Positions 6,621 through 15,804 of a stretch of DNA of 27,405 nucleotides are shown one piece after another. The stretch is from Bdellovibrionia bacterium (GTDB taxonomy: Bacteria; Bdellovibrionota; UBA1018): positions 1 through 27,405 of the forward strand of contig JBMSSC010000024.1 of assembly GCA_049424145.1 (NCBI GenBank). Direction: 5' to 3'. The notes beneath the pieces were generated by a model. That model ran no database searches, had not been told where the DNA came from, and saw only the letters and a list, made by a program, of their open reading frames with translations. Within the stretch, counting starts at the first letter, position 1, and each line of letters opens with the position of its first letter. Made by a program: the position numbers and the translations under genes.

Positions 6621-8573
6621 TTAGAAGGAGGTCTGAAGCGTAACGCTTGAATTTAAAGCATTTTGAATCAATTGAGGGGACACACGGGGGGCAGGCACCA
6701 GAAACTCGGGACCTTTTTTTCCCCTTTTTCCAGATGAACCAAACCAGTGACGAACATCCAGATCGAAACCCACTCCATGCATAAAATTATACAGAGCCTT
6801 CTTAAGACCCTCCCCCAAAAAGTCATGATCACAGGGCGTGGGATCCAAAAATGAAAGATCGTTTCTTGCAAAACTGACCTCAGGCTCAGGCTGCAGCTGA
6901 ATCCCAAACCTCTTCGGGTTTAAGCCAATTGGACTATGCGCGGTCACTGAGAACCGATGCCAATAGGCGGACTGAATACAACCTGCTTCAAACAACTGTC
7001 GCACTCGCTCCAATGCATCGATCGTCTCTTGAACCGTTTGTGAGGGAAACCCGTACATCAAATAGGCATGAACCATGATCCCTGCCTCGGTGAAAGCATG
7101 AGTCACCTGCGCCACTTGTTCGACACTCACACCTTTTTGCATCAACTTGAGTAATCGATCGGAAGCCACCTCGAGCCCACCACTGAGCGCTACACACCCG
7201 GATCGAGCCAGAAGCCGAGCAAGCTCAGGGGTAAACGTCTTTTCAAATCGAACATTCCCCCACCACGTGATCTGAATCCCCCGGCGAATGAGCTCTTCGG
7301 CCAAAGTCCTAAGCACAGCAGGAGGAGCCGCCTCATCCACAAAATGAAAACCGCTCTGCCCTGTTTGTTCGATCAGGGCCTCGATCCGTTCAATTAAAAC
7401 ATCCACCCCTGCCCGATCATAGCGACCAATGTAATCCAAGGAAACATCACAGAAATTACACTTCTTCCAATAACACCCATGAGCTAAGGTGAGCTTATTC
7501 CATCGTCCGTCTGACCAAATTCGATGCATCGGATTGAGCATCTCAAAAATGGATAAGTACCGATCTAAGGGCAAGCCCTCATAACAGGGGGTTCCAATCT
7601 CTTGATGAGGAATATCATGAAGCTGAGTCTGATGAATGAACACCACTTTTCCCTGACGGCGCAGAAAAGTCCTCATCAGCTCATCTTGAGTTCTTTTGCC
7701 TTCCAGGTGCTCCAGCAGACAGAGAAGTGGACGCTCTCCGTCATCTAAGATGATATAATCCAGATAGTCAAAAACTCGAGGTTCTTTCAGTTGTCGAAGT
7801 TCCGTATTGACGTAGCCACCGCCCATGACGACTTGAATCTCCGGTCGAGACCTCTTGATGACCTGAGCGATCCGAAAAGCCCCATACACATTCCCAGGAA
7901 AAGGAACCGTTAACCCCACCACATCGGGGCGAAATTTCTCCAAAAACTCCTGGGTGATTTGATCTAAAAGCTGATCCACCCACGTGGGTGGTCCATTCAA
8001 TGCGGAGTGCAGAGGCTCAAACGTAGGGGAACTGGCAGCTAGCTTTTCCCCGTATCGAGAGAGCTCAAAACGCGGATCGACCCCCCATCGAATCACATCC
8101 GCAAGATCATCAATGAACAGACTTGCCAGGTACTTTGCACGATCCTGAACACCTAGTGCCCCAAACGCCCAAGAAATGGGATCAGGATCGGTGGGATCGG
8201 CTCCTTCTCCGATGGCTCTGAACCTGGGGCCTTCAGGTAAAAACTCTCGGCTCACCAAGCGCAGTGCAAGACTCGGATCCTTCCCCTGTAAAAAGCGAAT
8301 CGTAGGTTCAACGGTGGCTAAATAGCGGCTTTGGTTTTTTAGAAAAAAAGAGACACTCTCATGCCTCAATGCCGAGGTCCCACTTTGAGTTTCTAGAACT
8401 CGAAGGATATCCAGTAAACCTTTTTTAGAAAATAAACGACAAATCAACTCAATCGCAGGATCTGCTTGAAACGCTTCAATTTTATTTTTCTTCAGGAACC
8501 CTTTGAGGTAAGCTGTCGCAGGGTAGGGTGAATTCAGCTGGGTCATCGGCGGAGTAAAAAGCAAAACTCGCAT
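6621..8573 (-). CDS. B12-binding-domain radical SAM protein (class B-like), substrate unknown
   Basis: CYWKKCNFC cluster motif; HFVDE; GGLE; N-terminal Rossmann-like cobalamin-binding segment (PDVVGLTVPFPG...VVMGGG...YIILDDGE); MYGFP. Confidence 0.9.
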   Translation of the reverse strand: MRVLLFTPPMTQLNSPYPATAYLKGFLKKNKIEAFQADPAIELICRLFSKKGLLDILRVLETQSGTSALRHESVSFFLKNQSRYLATVEPTIRFLQGKDPSLALRLVSREFLPEGPRFRAIGEGADPTDPDPISWAFGALGVQDRAKYLASLFIDDLADVIRWGVDPRFELSRYGEKLAASSPTFEPLHSALNGPPTWVDQLLDQITQEFLEKFRPDVVGLTVPFPGNVYGAFRIAQVIKRSRPEIQVVMGGGYVNTELRQLKEPRVFDYLDYIILDDGERPLLCLLEHLEGKRTQDELMRTFLRRQGKVVFIHQTQLHDIPHQEIGTPCYEGLPLDRYLSIFEMLNPMHRIWSDGRWNKLTLAHGCYWKKCNFCDVSLDYIGRYDRAGVDVLIERIEALIEQTGQSGFHFVDEAAPPAVLRTLAEELIRRGIQITWWGNVRFEKTFTPELARLLARSGCVALSGGLEVASDRLLKLMQKGVSVEQVAQVTHAFTEAGIMVHAYLMYGFPSQTVQETIDALERVRQLFEAGCIQSAYWHRFSVTAHSPIGLNPKRFGIQLQPEPEVSFARNDLSFLDPTPCDHDFLGEGLKKALYNFMHGVGFDLDVRHWFGSSGKRGKKGPEFLVPAPRVSPQLIQNALNSSVTLQTSF

Positions 8574-8848
8574 GAGGCGAACCCTACTATTTCTGACAAT
8601 AATTGTCTACTTTAAATTTTGAAATTCGACCGTCTCAAGAAAGGGATTCCTGCAAAACCGACTTCACGACAATGCCCGTTTCAATTTGGGACTCGAACAA
8701 CCCCTGACCGTAAAAAGGAGAAAAGCAGAACCCTCGATGATCGCCCCGAAAAACGCCTGAAACTACCCCTTCATGCGAAAGCTCTTCTCCATGAGAACCC
8801 CTCATTGGATCTCTCCGAGGACATCATCTTTTCTGCAAAACAAACATC

Positions 8849-9622
8849 ATGATCAATCGATTCTATCAATTCCTGTTTTTTCCAGAACCCCGGGTCAAGC
8901 GCTTAAGTCAACTCCCTGAGAACCCAGGAAGCGAGGCCCACTATCTTGCCGGAAAAAACTCTCGTCTCAAAGAGTTCCTTCGACTCATCCGAATTGCCAT
9001 TGAGTTTTTCCGCGGCATGTTTTCTTTGCACTCCGTAGGGCCTGCGGTCACCGTCTTTGGCTCCGCTCGATTTAAAGCCGATCACCCCTACTACGAGTTG
9101 GCGAGAAAAATCGGACACGCCTTAGGACTCCATGGCTTTACGGTAATCACCGGAGGTGGCCCAGGCTTAATGGAGGCTGCCAATCGAGGCTCACGAGAGG
9201 CGGGAGGCTTCAATGTAGGCTGTAATATCCGTCTGCCACACGAACAACAACCCAACTCGTACTTGGATCAGGTGGTGCACTTTTACTATTTTTTCGTCCG
9301 AAAAGTCATGCTGGTGAAATACTCCCAGGCCTTCGTGATTCTTCCGGGTGGCTTCGGCACGTTAGATGAGATGATGGAAGCCATCACCCTCATCCAAACG
9401 GGGAAGCTCTATGATTTTCCTATTATTCTGATGGGACTTGACTACTGGAAAGGGTACTTGCAATGGGTGGAAGACGTTTTAGTCAAAAACAAAACCATCG
9501 CCCCTGGGGATCTTTCTTTTATTCATTTAACAGATAACCCCGATGAAGCACTCAACATTATTCTTGGCACAGCAAAAAGAATTAATCTACAGCTCAATCA
9601 AAATAAAAAAACAGCACAATAA
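8849..9622 (+). CDS. LOG family (TIGR00730-like) nucleotide phosphoribohydrolase, long type-II-like
   Basis: VTVFGSAR, ITGGGPGLMEAANRG, FFVRKVML, PGGFGTLDE signature. Confidence 0.92.
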   Translation: MINRFYQFLFFPEPRVKRLSQLPENPGSEAHYLAGKNSRLKEFLRLIRIAIEFFRGMFSLHSVGPAVTVFGSARFKADHPYYELARKIGHALGLHGFTVITGGGPGLMEAANRGSREAGGFNVGCNIRLPHEQQPNSYLDQVVHFYYFFVRKVMLVKYSQAFVILPGGFGTLDEMMEAITLIQTGKLYDFPIILMGLDYWKGYLQWVEDVLVKNKTIAPGDLSFIHLTDNPDEALNIILGTAKRINLQLNQNKKTAQ

Positions 9623-9648
9623 AAAACAGCATTTTTTGCATGTTTTTT
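9621..9648 (+). terminator. Weak hairpin with flanking A/T tracts after the LOG gene
   Basis: AAAAAACAGCA-TTTTT-TGC-A-TGTTTTTT inverted repeat immediately after the stop codon. Confidence 0.3.
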
Positions 9649-9704
9649 AAAAAAATCTTGCGATGTCGAGAAAAGAACCCTAAAACATTAAAAGGAGAAT
9701 ACTT

Positions 9705-10058
9705 ATGGCAAAAAAGAAAACCAAATATTCATTTGTAAATGAAATTTATGAAGGCGTTTTAAAGCACGCTCAAGTAACCAAAAAAGGCGAAGTCAAGATT
9801 AAGCGAGCAGATATTAAAGCCTGCGTTGAAGCTGCCTTCAACAGCGGAGCAAAAGCTGCCGCCGCAGGAGAGCGCATTCGCTTCCCTGTGATCGGTGCTT
9901 TGGTTCGTAAAGAAGTCAAAGCCCGAAAAGCGGGCAAAGGCACCAATCCATTCACCGGTGAGACGATTGATATTAAGCCTCGTCCTGCTAGCAAGAAGCC
10001 TCGTTGGTCTTTTCCTCGCTCCTTAAAAGACACATTTGCCAATAAGCGCAACTGGTAA
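9705..10058 (+). CDS. HU/IHF-family histone-like DNA-binding protein (divergent)
   Basis: Basic, 117 aa. GERIRFPVIGAL...KARKAGKGTNPFTGETIDIKPRPASKKPRW is the HU arm with the intercalating Pro (NPxTG). Strong AAGGAG RBS. Confidence 0.88.
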   Translation: MAKKKTKYSFVNEIYEGVLKHAQVTKKGEVKIKRADIKACVEAAFNSGAKAAAAGERIRFPVIGALVRKEVKARKAGKGTNPFTGETIDIKPRPASKKPRWSFPRSLKDTFANKRNW

Positions 10059-10077
10059 TTCGTTTTGACGCAAACAG

Positions 10078-10144
10078 AGTCCAGGAGCTTTTGATTCTGC
10101 TTGATTTTTTTTCTTTTTTTCTTAAGAATCAAAAGCCCTGGACT
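10078..10144. repeat. 20-bp inverted repeat with a T-rich 26-nt loop downstream of the HU-like gene
   Basis: AGTCCAGG(A)GCTTTTGATTCT (10078-10098) pairs with AGAATCAAAAGCCCTGGACT (10125-10144), with one bulged A. Confidence 0.8.
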
Positions 10145-10399
10145 TCTTGCTCTCCCGCCTGGCACGATGCGATCCCGTGGGTGATCAACAGAGGTCCTTT
10201 GGATGAGCGGAGTTTGAAACGGAGGGCAGAGATTAAAAATGAACTCCACACTTTCAATCACCCCAACTGATGAGACTTTTGGTTCTCGAGCTAAGACTCG
10301 AGGATCACTTTAAAAACTAAGGAAAAACCAGATCCCCAAAAAAGTGGGGCGATCAGGTTTGTGAAAACCTTCGAAATTCAACTGGGCAATTCATTTTTT

Positions 10400-11467
10400 A
10401 TGCGTTTAATCACTTTTTTAAATTCTCACCATCAAGAAAAAATCGGCCTCTGCATTCGAAAATCGGATCAGTCTGAGTGGGTCATCGATCTGAACGAGGC
10501 CTTAGCCCAGAGCGATCTTTCAACTCCCCTCTTAGAATCTATGCTGGTGAATGGGCCTTCCTCCCCAGGCGCCTATTCTTCTCCAAACGCACGGAAGACG
10601 CTACTTTCTTCCTTAGACATGCTAGGGCTCATCCGGAACTTTAAGACCCTCTTGCCTACAATCGAAGCCCTGGAGCACTCGGCCCGAAACAACGCCTTAC
10701 CCCCTGCGTGCTTCTTGCAGGCACAAAGCATCACGTTTCTTTCTCCCCTTCCTCGACCCGTTTCCATGCGCGATGGCTACGCTTTTCGACAACACGTGGA
10801 GGCCGCGCGGCGCAATCGGGGCGTGCCCATGATTCCCGAATTTGACCAATTTCCTGTTTTTTACTTCACGAACCACCTAGCGGTCACTGGACCCGGCGAC
10901 CTAGCCGTTCGAAAACAAGCTCGAGACCGCCTGGACTTTGAACTCGAAGTGGCCGTGGTCATCGGAAAGCAGTGCAAAGACGTCTCCGCTGCTCAAGCTG
11001 ATGATTTTATTTTTGGATACATGATCATGAACGACTGGTCCGCTCGAGCCCTTCAAATGGAGGAAATGAAGCTCAACTTAGGCCCAGCCAAAGGAAAAGA
11101 CTTTGCTACCTCTCTTGGTCCTTACTTAGTGACTCGCGATGAGCTTCAGGCTTTTCGGATCCCAGGAGAACACGGGGAACGCTACGACTTAGAAATGAAA
11201 GCCTGGGTCAATGGAAAGCAACTCTCCAGCGGAAACCTCAAAGACATGCACTGGAGCTTTGCTCAAATCCTCGAGCGCGCAAGCTACGGCGTCACTCTCT
11301 ACCCAGGAGAAGTGATTGGATCGGGGACCGTCGGCACAGGTTGCCTTTTAGAGCTCAACGGAAGCAAAGTGACAGACAACCTTTGGCTAAAGGCCGGAGA
11401 CGAAGTCACTCTGGAAGTGGATCACCTCGGTTCTTTAACGAATCGAATCACGCCCTCCGTGGATTAA
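10400..11467 (+). CDS. Fumarylacetoacetate hydrolase family protein
   Basis: MRLITF N-terminus (likely start 10400; ORF open from 10361), RDGYAFRQHV, PVFYFTN, LDFELEVA, MNDWSARALQ, PAKGKDFAT, GSGTVGTGC. Adjacent to maiA. Confidence 0.93.
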   Translation: MRLITFLNSHHQEKIGLCIRKSDQSEWVIDLNEALAQSDLSTPLLESMLVNGPSSPGAYSSPNARKTLLSSLDMLGLIRNFKTLLPTIEALEHSARNNALPPACFLQAQSITFLSPLPRPVSMRDGYAFRQHVEAARRNRGVPMIPEFDQFPVFYFTNHLAVTGPGDLAVRKQARDRLDFELEVAVVIGKQCKDVSAAQADDFIFGYMIMNDWSARALQMEEMKLNLGPAKGKDFATSLGPYLVTRDELQAFRIPGEHGERYDLEMKAWVNGKQLSSGNLKDMHWSFAQILERASYGVTLYPGEVIGSGTVGTGCLLELNGSKVTDNLWLKAGDEVTLEVDHLGSLTNRITPSVD

Positions 11468-11533
11468 TCAAGAGGCCCGCTCAAAGTTGAAACTCAAACC
11501 CGCTATCATTCAAACAGGAGAGACGCTGACCCA

Positions 11534-12196
11534 ATGAACCTCCAACAGCCAATCCGTCCACTGAGGCTTTATCACTATTGGAGATCCTCCAGCAGCTGGC
11601 GCGTGAGATGGGCCCTCGGACTCAAAAACGTACCTTTTGACGCGCAAGCCATCGACCTCTTGACGGATGAGGCGGACCAACCCCGGCACTTAGAGAGAAA
11701 CCCCATGGGTTATGTCCCCGTACTTGAAATCCCCTCAGCCACACACCCCCCTGAGTTTCTCACTGAATCCATGGCGATCCTCGAATGGCTTGAGCTCGTG
11801 GCCCCAACTCCCCCACTTTTCCCCGGAGATCCCCTCCGGCAAGCTCGAATCCGACAACTCTGTGAAATCATCAACTCCGGCACGCAACCCCTTCAAAACC
11901 CGAACGTCTCAGCCTTTCACTCTCCCGTTGCCGAGTTACAAAAAAAATGGAATCAAACCTGGATCCAAAAAGGCTTAAACGCTTTTGAAGTTTGGGTGAA
12001 AAAGACATCCGGTCAATACTCAGTGGGGGATTCCATTACAGCGGCTGATCTCTTCCTCATCCCCCAGTGCTACAATGCCTTAAGAAATGAGATTTCCCTT
12101 GAGCTCTTTCCTACGATTCACCGGATTTATGGAGCTGCTTTAAAAACTGAGGCTTGTCAACGCTCTCACCCAGACCAGTTTCAACCCTCACCTTAG
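11534..12196 (+). CDS. maiA: Maleylacetoacetate isomerase (zeta-class GST)
   Basis: LYHYWRSSSSWRVRWAL zeta-class motif, NPMGYVP, ESMAILE, SGTQPLQN, ADLFLIPQ. AGGAG RBS. Confidence 0.93.
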   Translation: MNLQQPIRPLRLYHYWRSSSSWRVRWALGLKNVPFDAQAIDLLTDEADQPRHLERNPMGYVPVLEIPSATHPPEFLTESMAILEWLELVAPTPPLFPGDPLRQARIRQLCEIINSGTQPLQNPNVSAFHSPVAELQKKWNQTWIQKGLNAFEVWVKKTSGQYSVGDSITAADLFLIPQCYNALRNEISLELFPTIHRIYGAALKTEACQRSHPDQFQPSP

Positions 12197-12239
12197 GATT
12201 TTTTTTAAAAAAACCTCATCCCCTTTTTGAGATTTCATC

Positions 12240-13886
12240 ATGTGGAACACTTGGATCAAACACTCAGGCTTAAGCTTAGACCCGCAGTGGCGACGCTTTT
12301 TCTTTCAATTCTTAGGAGTCTCACTCCTCCTTCACGGGCTTTCTGCGATCTTGAGCGTTGGTTTTTACCACACGGATGAACATTTTCAGATCATCGAGTT
12401 TTTGAACCTTAAACTGGGCGGCACCAGCGCAGCTGAGCTCCCCATTGAGTACTCGCAGAAGATGCGCCCTTGGCTTTTTCCAGGCCTCCTGTTCTTACTG
12501 ACTCGGGTGTTTCAATTTTTTGGCATCAGCAGTCCCTTTGCCCTAGCTCTCGGGTATCGATCTTTTTCTTCCCTCCTAGGCTTACTCTCCAGTGCTGCCT
12601 TAGCCTTATGCTGCACCCGTTGGTTTCCAAGGCCTGAGTCCCTAAACCCAAAGCAGCGTGAAAGAAACTTCAACATCAGAACCTGGGCCGTCGCCGCTCT
12701 TGGGGGTATCTGGTACCTGCCCGCCCTCCATGCTAGACCCTCCTCTGAAAACCTAGCTAGCTCGACTTTCTTTTTAGCCTTAAGTCTCATCACGCTGAGC
12801 CTTCCCGAAGAAAAAAATCCTACTCCCCCCAGTCGATCCCTTCTTTGGATTTTTGGACTAGCAGGAGCTCTCTTTGGGTTTTCCTTTGAGTTCCGCTACC
12901 AGGTTGTCTTCATGATCCTAGGGGCCTTATACCACTTGGCTTTCATCACCCGAGTCAATCCCCGACTGCTGCTTGCCCTGATTTTCGGTGGAAGCCTGAG
13001 TCTTATTCTGGGTCGATGGGTAGACTTCTGGGGCTATGGTGAGTTCACTTGGACCCCCTGGAACTACTTCAATTACATCCTGGTTCAAAATCACGTCTCA
13101 GACTCAGAAACGTCCACCTTTTGGGATTACTTCAGACGCGCGCTGACGGAAACATTCCCTCCCTTGGGATTTCTCCTCCTTCTGAGCTTACCGCTTGCGT
13201 GGTTTAAAAACCCAAAACACATCCTCACGCTCAGCACCGCTCCGCTCTTTCTCGTTCATACTCTCATTGCCCATAAAGAGCTTCGCTTTCTTTTTCCCTT
13301 AGCTCCGGCAGCCCCTCTTCTTTTGATCCAAAGTCTGCTGCCTCAAACCTCGGACTCTCACTCACCCAAGCCCTTTTTACCTCTCTCGGCTCTGCGCTCA
13401 CTACCAACTCAAGTGGCTGTAAAATTCCTTCTCTTCTTAAATATCCTCGCCCTCATCCTCACGACGATCTCTCCTGCGTGTGGACCAGTTGTGTTTTATG
13501 AAAAGCTCTTTGATTTCACCCAACGCCTTGACGCCCAGGAACTCCTCATTCACTCCTATCCTCTCTCCTTCTTCGATGCTGGCGGAGTCAACATCCATTT
13601 CTATCACCCACCCAAAATTCAAATCCGAAATCTTCCCCAAGCTCAAGAGTTCCTTGAGCGGGTCAAAACACAAAAGGGGCCTCATTGGCTGGTCACCCCC
13701 AGGGCTCAACTCAACTTGACCTCCAATGGAGCTCTTTATCTTCCAGAGCTTCAATCCTATTGTCAGGCTCAGTTCTCCACCCTTCCTGATTGGACCAAAA
13801 AATTCAAGTTCTTCTCTTCCCTCCCCCAAGTCAGAAACTTCACCCTCTATCGTTGCGAAAGCCTTCAGGTTTCATCTGATTTTTAA
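12240..13886 (+). CDS. GT-C fold membrane glycosyltransferase, Alg9/PIG-B-like (GT22) mannosyltransferase family
   Basis: About 10-12 hydrophobic segments, first-loop HTDEHFQ..E and RPW, and late-loop HKELRFLFP. These mirror PIG-B/Alg9 PDEYWQ..E and HKEFRF. Confidence 0.82.
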   Translation: MWNTWIKHSGLSLDPQWRRFFFQFLGVSLLLHGLSAILSVGFYHTDEHFQIIEFLNLKLGGTSAAELPIEYSQKMRPWLFPGLLFLLTRVFQFFGISSPFALALGYRSFSSLLGLLSSAALALCCTRWFPRPESLNPKQRERNFNIRTWAVAALGGIWYLPALHARPSSENLASSTFFLALSLITLSLPEEKNPTPPSRSLLWIFGLAGALFGFSFEFRYQVVFMILGALYHLAFITRVNPRLLLALIFGGSLSLILGRWVDFWGYGEFTWTPWNYFNYILVQNHVSDSETSTFWDYFRRALTETFPPLGFLLLLSLPLAWFKNPKHILTLSTAPLFLVHTLIAHKELRFLFPLAPAAPLLLIQSLLPQTSDSHSPKPFLPLSALRSLPTQVAVKFLLFLNILALILTTISPACGPVVFYEKLFDFTQRLDAQELLIHSYPLSFFDAGGVNIHFYHPPKIQIRNLPQAQEFLERVKTQKGPHWLVTPRAQLNLTSNGALYLPELQSYCQAQFSTLPDWTKKFKFFSSLPQVRNFTLYRCESLQVSSDF

Positions 13887-13900
13887 TCTTTAGATTAAAA
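13881..13900. promoter_or_regulatory. 20-bp AT-rich palindrome, possible operator
   Basis: TTTTAATCT-TT-AGATTAAAA, overlapping the GT22 stop codon about 190 nt upstream of the protease gene. Confidence 0.3.
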
Positions 13901-14092
13901 TATAAGACGAGCGACAATTGAAATTTTCTTGTGCAAACGACTTCTTCAGAAGAATGATCAAAGGACATAAAAACTGGATTCAGTCTGCTCCAAAGATCAA
14001 AATTCTCAGATGACGTTTTCATCAGAAAACACATCCAAGAGGATCCGCCCCAGGAGCTGTTCTCAATCCCCATTTCTACAAGGAGAGTGGCA

Positions 14093-15700
14093 ATGAGTGC
14101 TCGTATCTTTTTTCATCCCACCTGGGATTCATGGAGACCTATTTTTCTTTCCGCTTTAATTTTAGGAATCAGTGGACCCTTTGAGCAAAAAGCGCATGCC
14201 GAAGATCCTTCCACCAAACAAATTCGAGAGACAAAAAACCCGATTCCTGGCTCCTACATTGTGATTTTAAAAAATTCCATAGCAGGAGGATTGGGAAAAA
14301 CGTCCCAATCGCGATTCCTGGCTCAGGAGCTTGCGCTGAAGAACCATTTTGTCTTAGATCGGATCTACTCTCATGCCATCAATGGCTTCTCCGCTCGCTT
14401 AACCCAAGCGCAGGCGCAGAAATTAGCCAACGACCCGAACGTGGATTTTGTTCAGCAGGACTCCCGATTCCACATGAGCACTACGCAACCTCAAGCCACC
14501 TGGGGCCTGGATCGCATTGACCAGAGAACTCTACCCTTAAATGGAACCTACGAGTACGCCCTCACCGGAGAGGGAGTCACCGTCTACGTGATTGATACGG
14601 GGATTCTGAGCTCGCATCAAGAGTTTAGGGGTCGAGCAAGTGTGGGCTATGACGCCATCGATGATGGCGCAAACGGAGTGGACTGCGTCGGCCACGGAAC
14701 GCACGTCGCAGGGACTATTGCAGGCACTCAGTACGGGGTTGCAAAAAAAGCCTCCATCGTTGCAGTTCGTGTCTTAGATTGTGATGGATCAGGCAGTGAC
14801 TCTTCAGTCATCAGCGGCGTAGATTGGGTGACAGAGCATCACCAAGGGCCTTCGATTGCTAACATGAGCCTCGGAGGTGGAACCTCACTGGCCTTAGATA
14901 CGGCCGTAGCAAACTCGATTGCAAGCGGAGTGATGTACTCCATTGCCGCTGGAAATAGCAATGAGGACGCCTGTGCCACCTCTCCTGCGCGAGTGCCAGC
15001 GGCAATGACCGTGGGAGCCACACAGAGTTCTGATGGACGCGCTTCGTTTTCCAACTATGGACGCTGCTTGGACCTCTTTGCTCCAGGGCAATCCATCACC
15101 TCAGCTTGGTACACCAGTCCCACAGCAACGCAGACCATCAGTGGAACCTCCATGGCGGCACCCCATGCAGCAGGCGTTGCAGCCCTTTATCTGCAAGCCC
15201 ATCCCTCTGCTTCACCTGAGGAGGTAAACCGAGCTCTGCTTTCAGCCACAGGGACAAACTTGATCCGAAACCCTGGCTTAGGATCCCCCAACCGCTTGCT
15301 CTCCACACTCTTACCTGAGGATGGAGGAAGTACTCCAAACCCAACGCCTACGGACTCACCGGGTGCGCCCTCAGAGCCCGCTCCCCCATGCATCGATTGT
15401 GCACGATTTGAGGGAAGTCTCGCAGGAGCGAAGAAAATGGCCTGGGAGCCCCGAGGCACTTACACCTTCATCTCAAAGGCAGGCACACACGAAGGATGGC
15501 TTGAAGGGCCAAAGGGATCGGACTTTGACCTTTATCTGTACCAGTGGACAGGAAAGCAGTGGAATCTTGTCTCCAGCTCAACGGGCTCCAGCGCCTCGGA
15601 GCACGTATCCTACCCAGCGGGAAAACCAGGCTACTACATTTGGGGCGTTTACTCCTATAGCGGCCAGGGCAATTACCAGTTTTGGTTAAAAAAGCCCTAG
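14093..15700 (+). CDS. Secreted S8A subtilase (proteinase K/aqualysin-like) with I9 propeptide and C-terminal PPC-like domain
   Basis: Signal peptide ending AHA; I9 motif (IPGSYIV...INGFSA); WGLDRIDQR; triad IDTG, HGTHVAG, GTSMA; oxyanion AAGN; Pro/Thr linker; DFDLYLY PPC-like tail. AGGAG lies 7 nt before ATG 14093. Confidence 0.95.
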   Translation: MSARIFFHPTWDSWRPIFLSALILGISGPFEQKAHAEDPSTKQIRETKNPIPGSYIVILKNSIAGGLGKTSQSRFLAQELALKNHFVLDRIYSHAINGFSARLTQAQAQKLANDPNVDFVQQDSRFHMSTTQPQATWGLDRIDQRTLPLNGTYEYALTGEGVTVYVIDTGILSSHQEFRGRASVGYDAIDDGANGVDCVGHGTHVAGTIAGTQYGVAKKASIVAVRVLDCDGSGSDSSVISGVDWVTEHHQGPSIANMSLGGGTSLALDTAVANSIASGVMYSIAAGNSNEDACATSPARVPAAMTVGATQSSDGRASFSNYGRCLDLFAPGQSITSAWYTSPTATQTISGTSMAAPHAAGVAALYLQAHPSASPEEVNRALLSATGTNLIRNPGLGSPNRLLSTLLPEDGGSTPNPTPTDSPGAPSEPAPPCIDCARFEGSLAGAKKMAWEPRGTYTFISKAGTHEGWLEGPKGSDFDLYLYQWTGKQWNLVSSSTGSSASEHVSYPAGKPGYYIWGVYSYSGQGNYQFWLKKP

Positions 15701-15743
15701 AGAAAGAACAAAAAGAACCTCTTCACCACTTTTTCCCCGCAAC

Positions 15744-15781
15744 CAGCCGAGCGGCTTCAATGCTGCTCGGCTGTGTTTTTT
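15744..15781 (+). terminator. Rho-independent terminator of the subtilase gene
   Basis: 12-bp stem CAGCCGAGCGGC-TTCAAT-GCTGCTCGGCTG (one G-U pair) followed by a T-tract. Confidence 0.85.
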
Positions 15782-15804
15782 CTCCCCCCACTGCTCAACT
15801 GGTT

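Noticed and set aside
9603..9631. Short direct repeat AAAAAACAGCA x2
   Set aside because: Only two low-complexity copies spanning a stop codon, so not a CRISPR array or iteron set.
9770..10261. 163-aa minus-strand ORF
   Set aside because: Antisense shadow of the HU-like gene, running through a poly-A hairpin loop.
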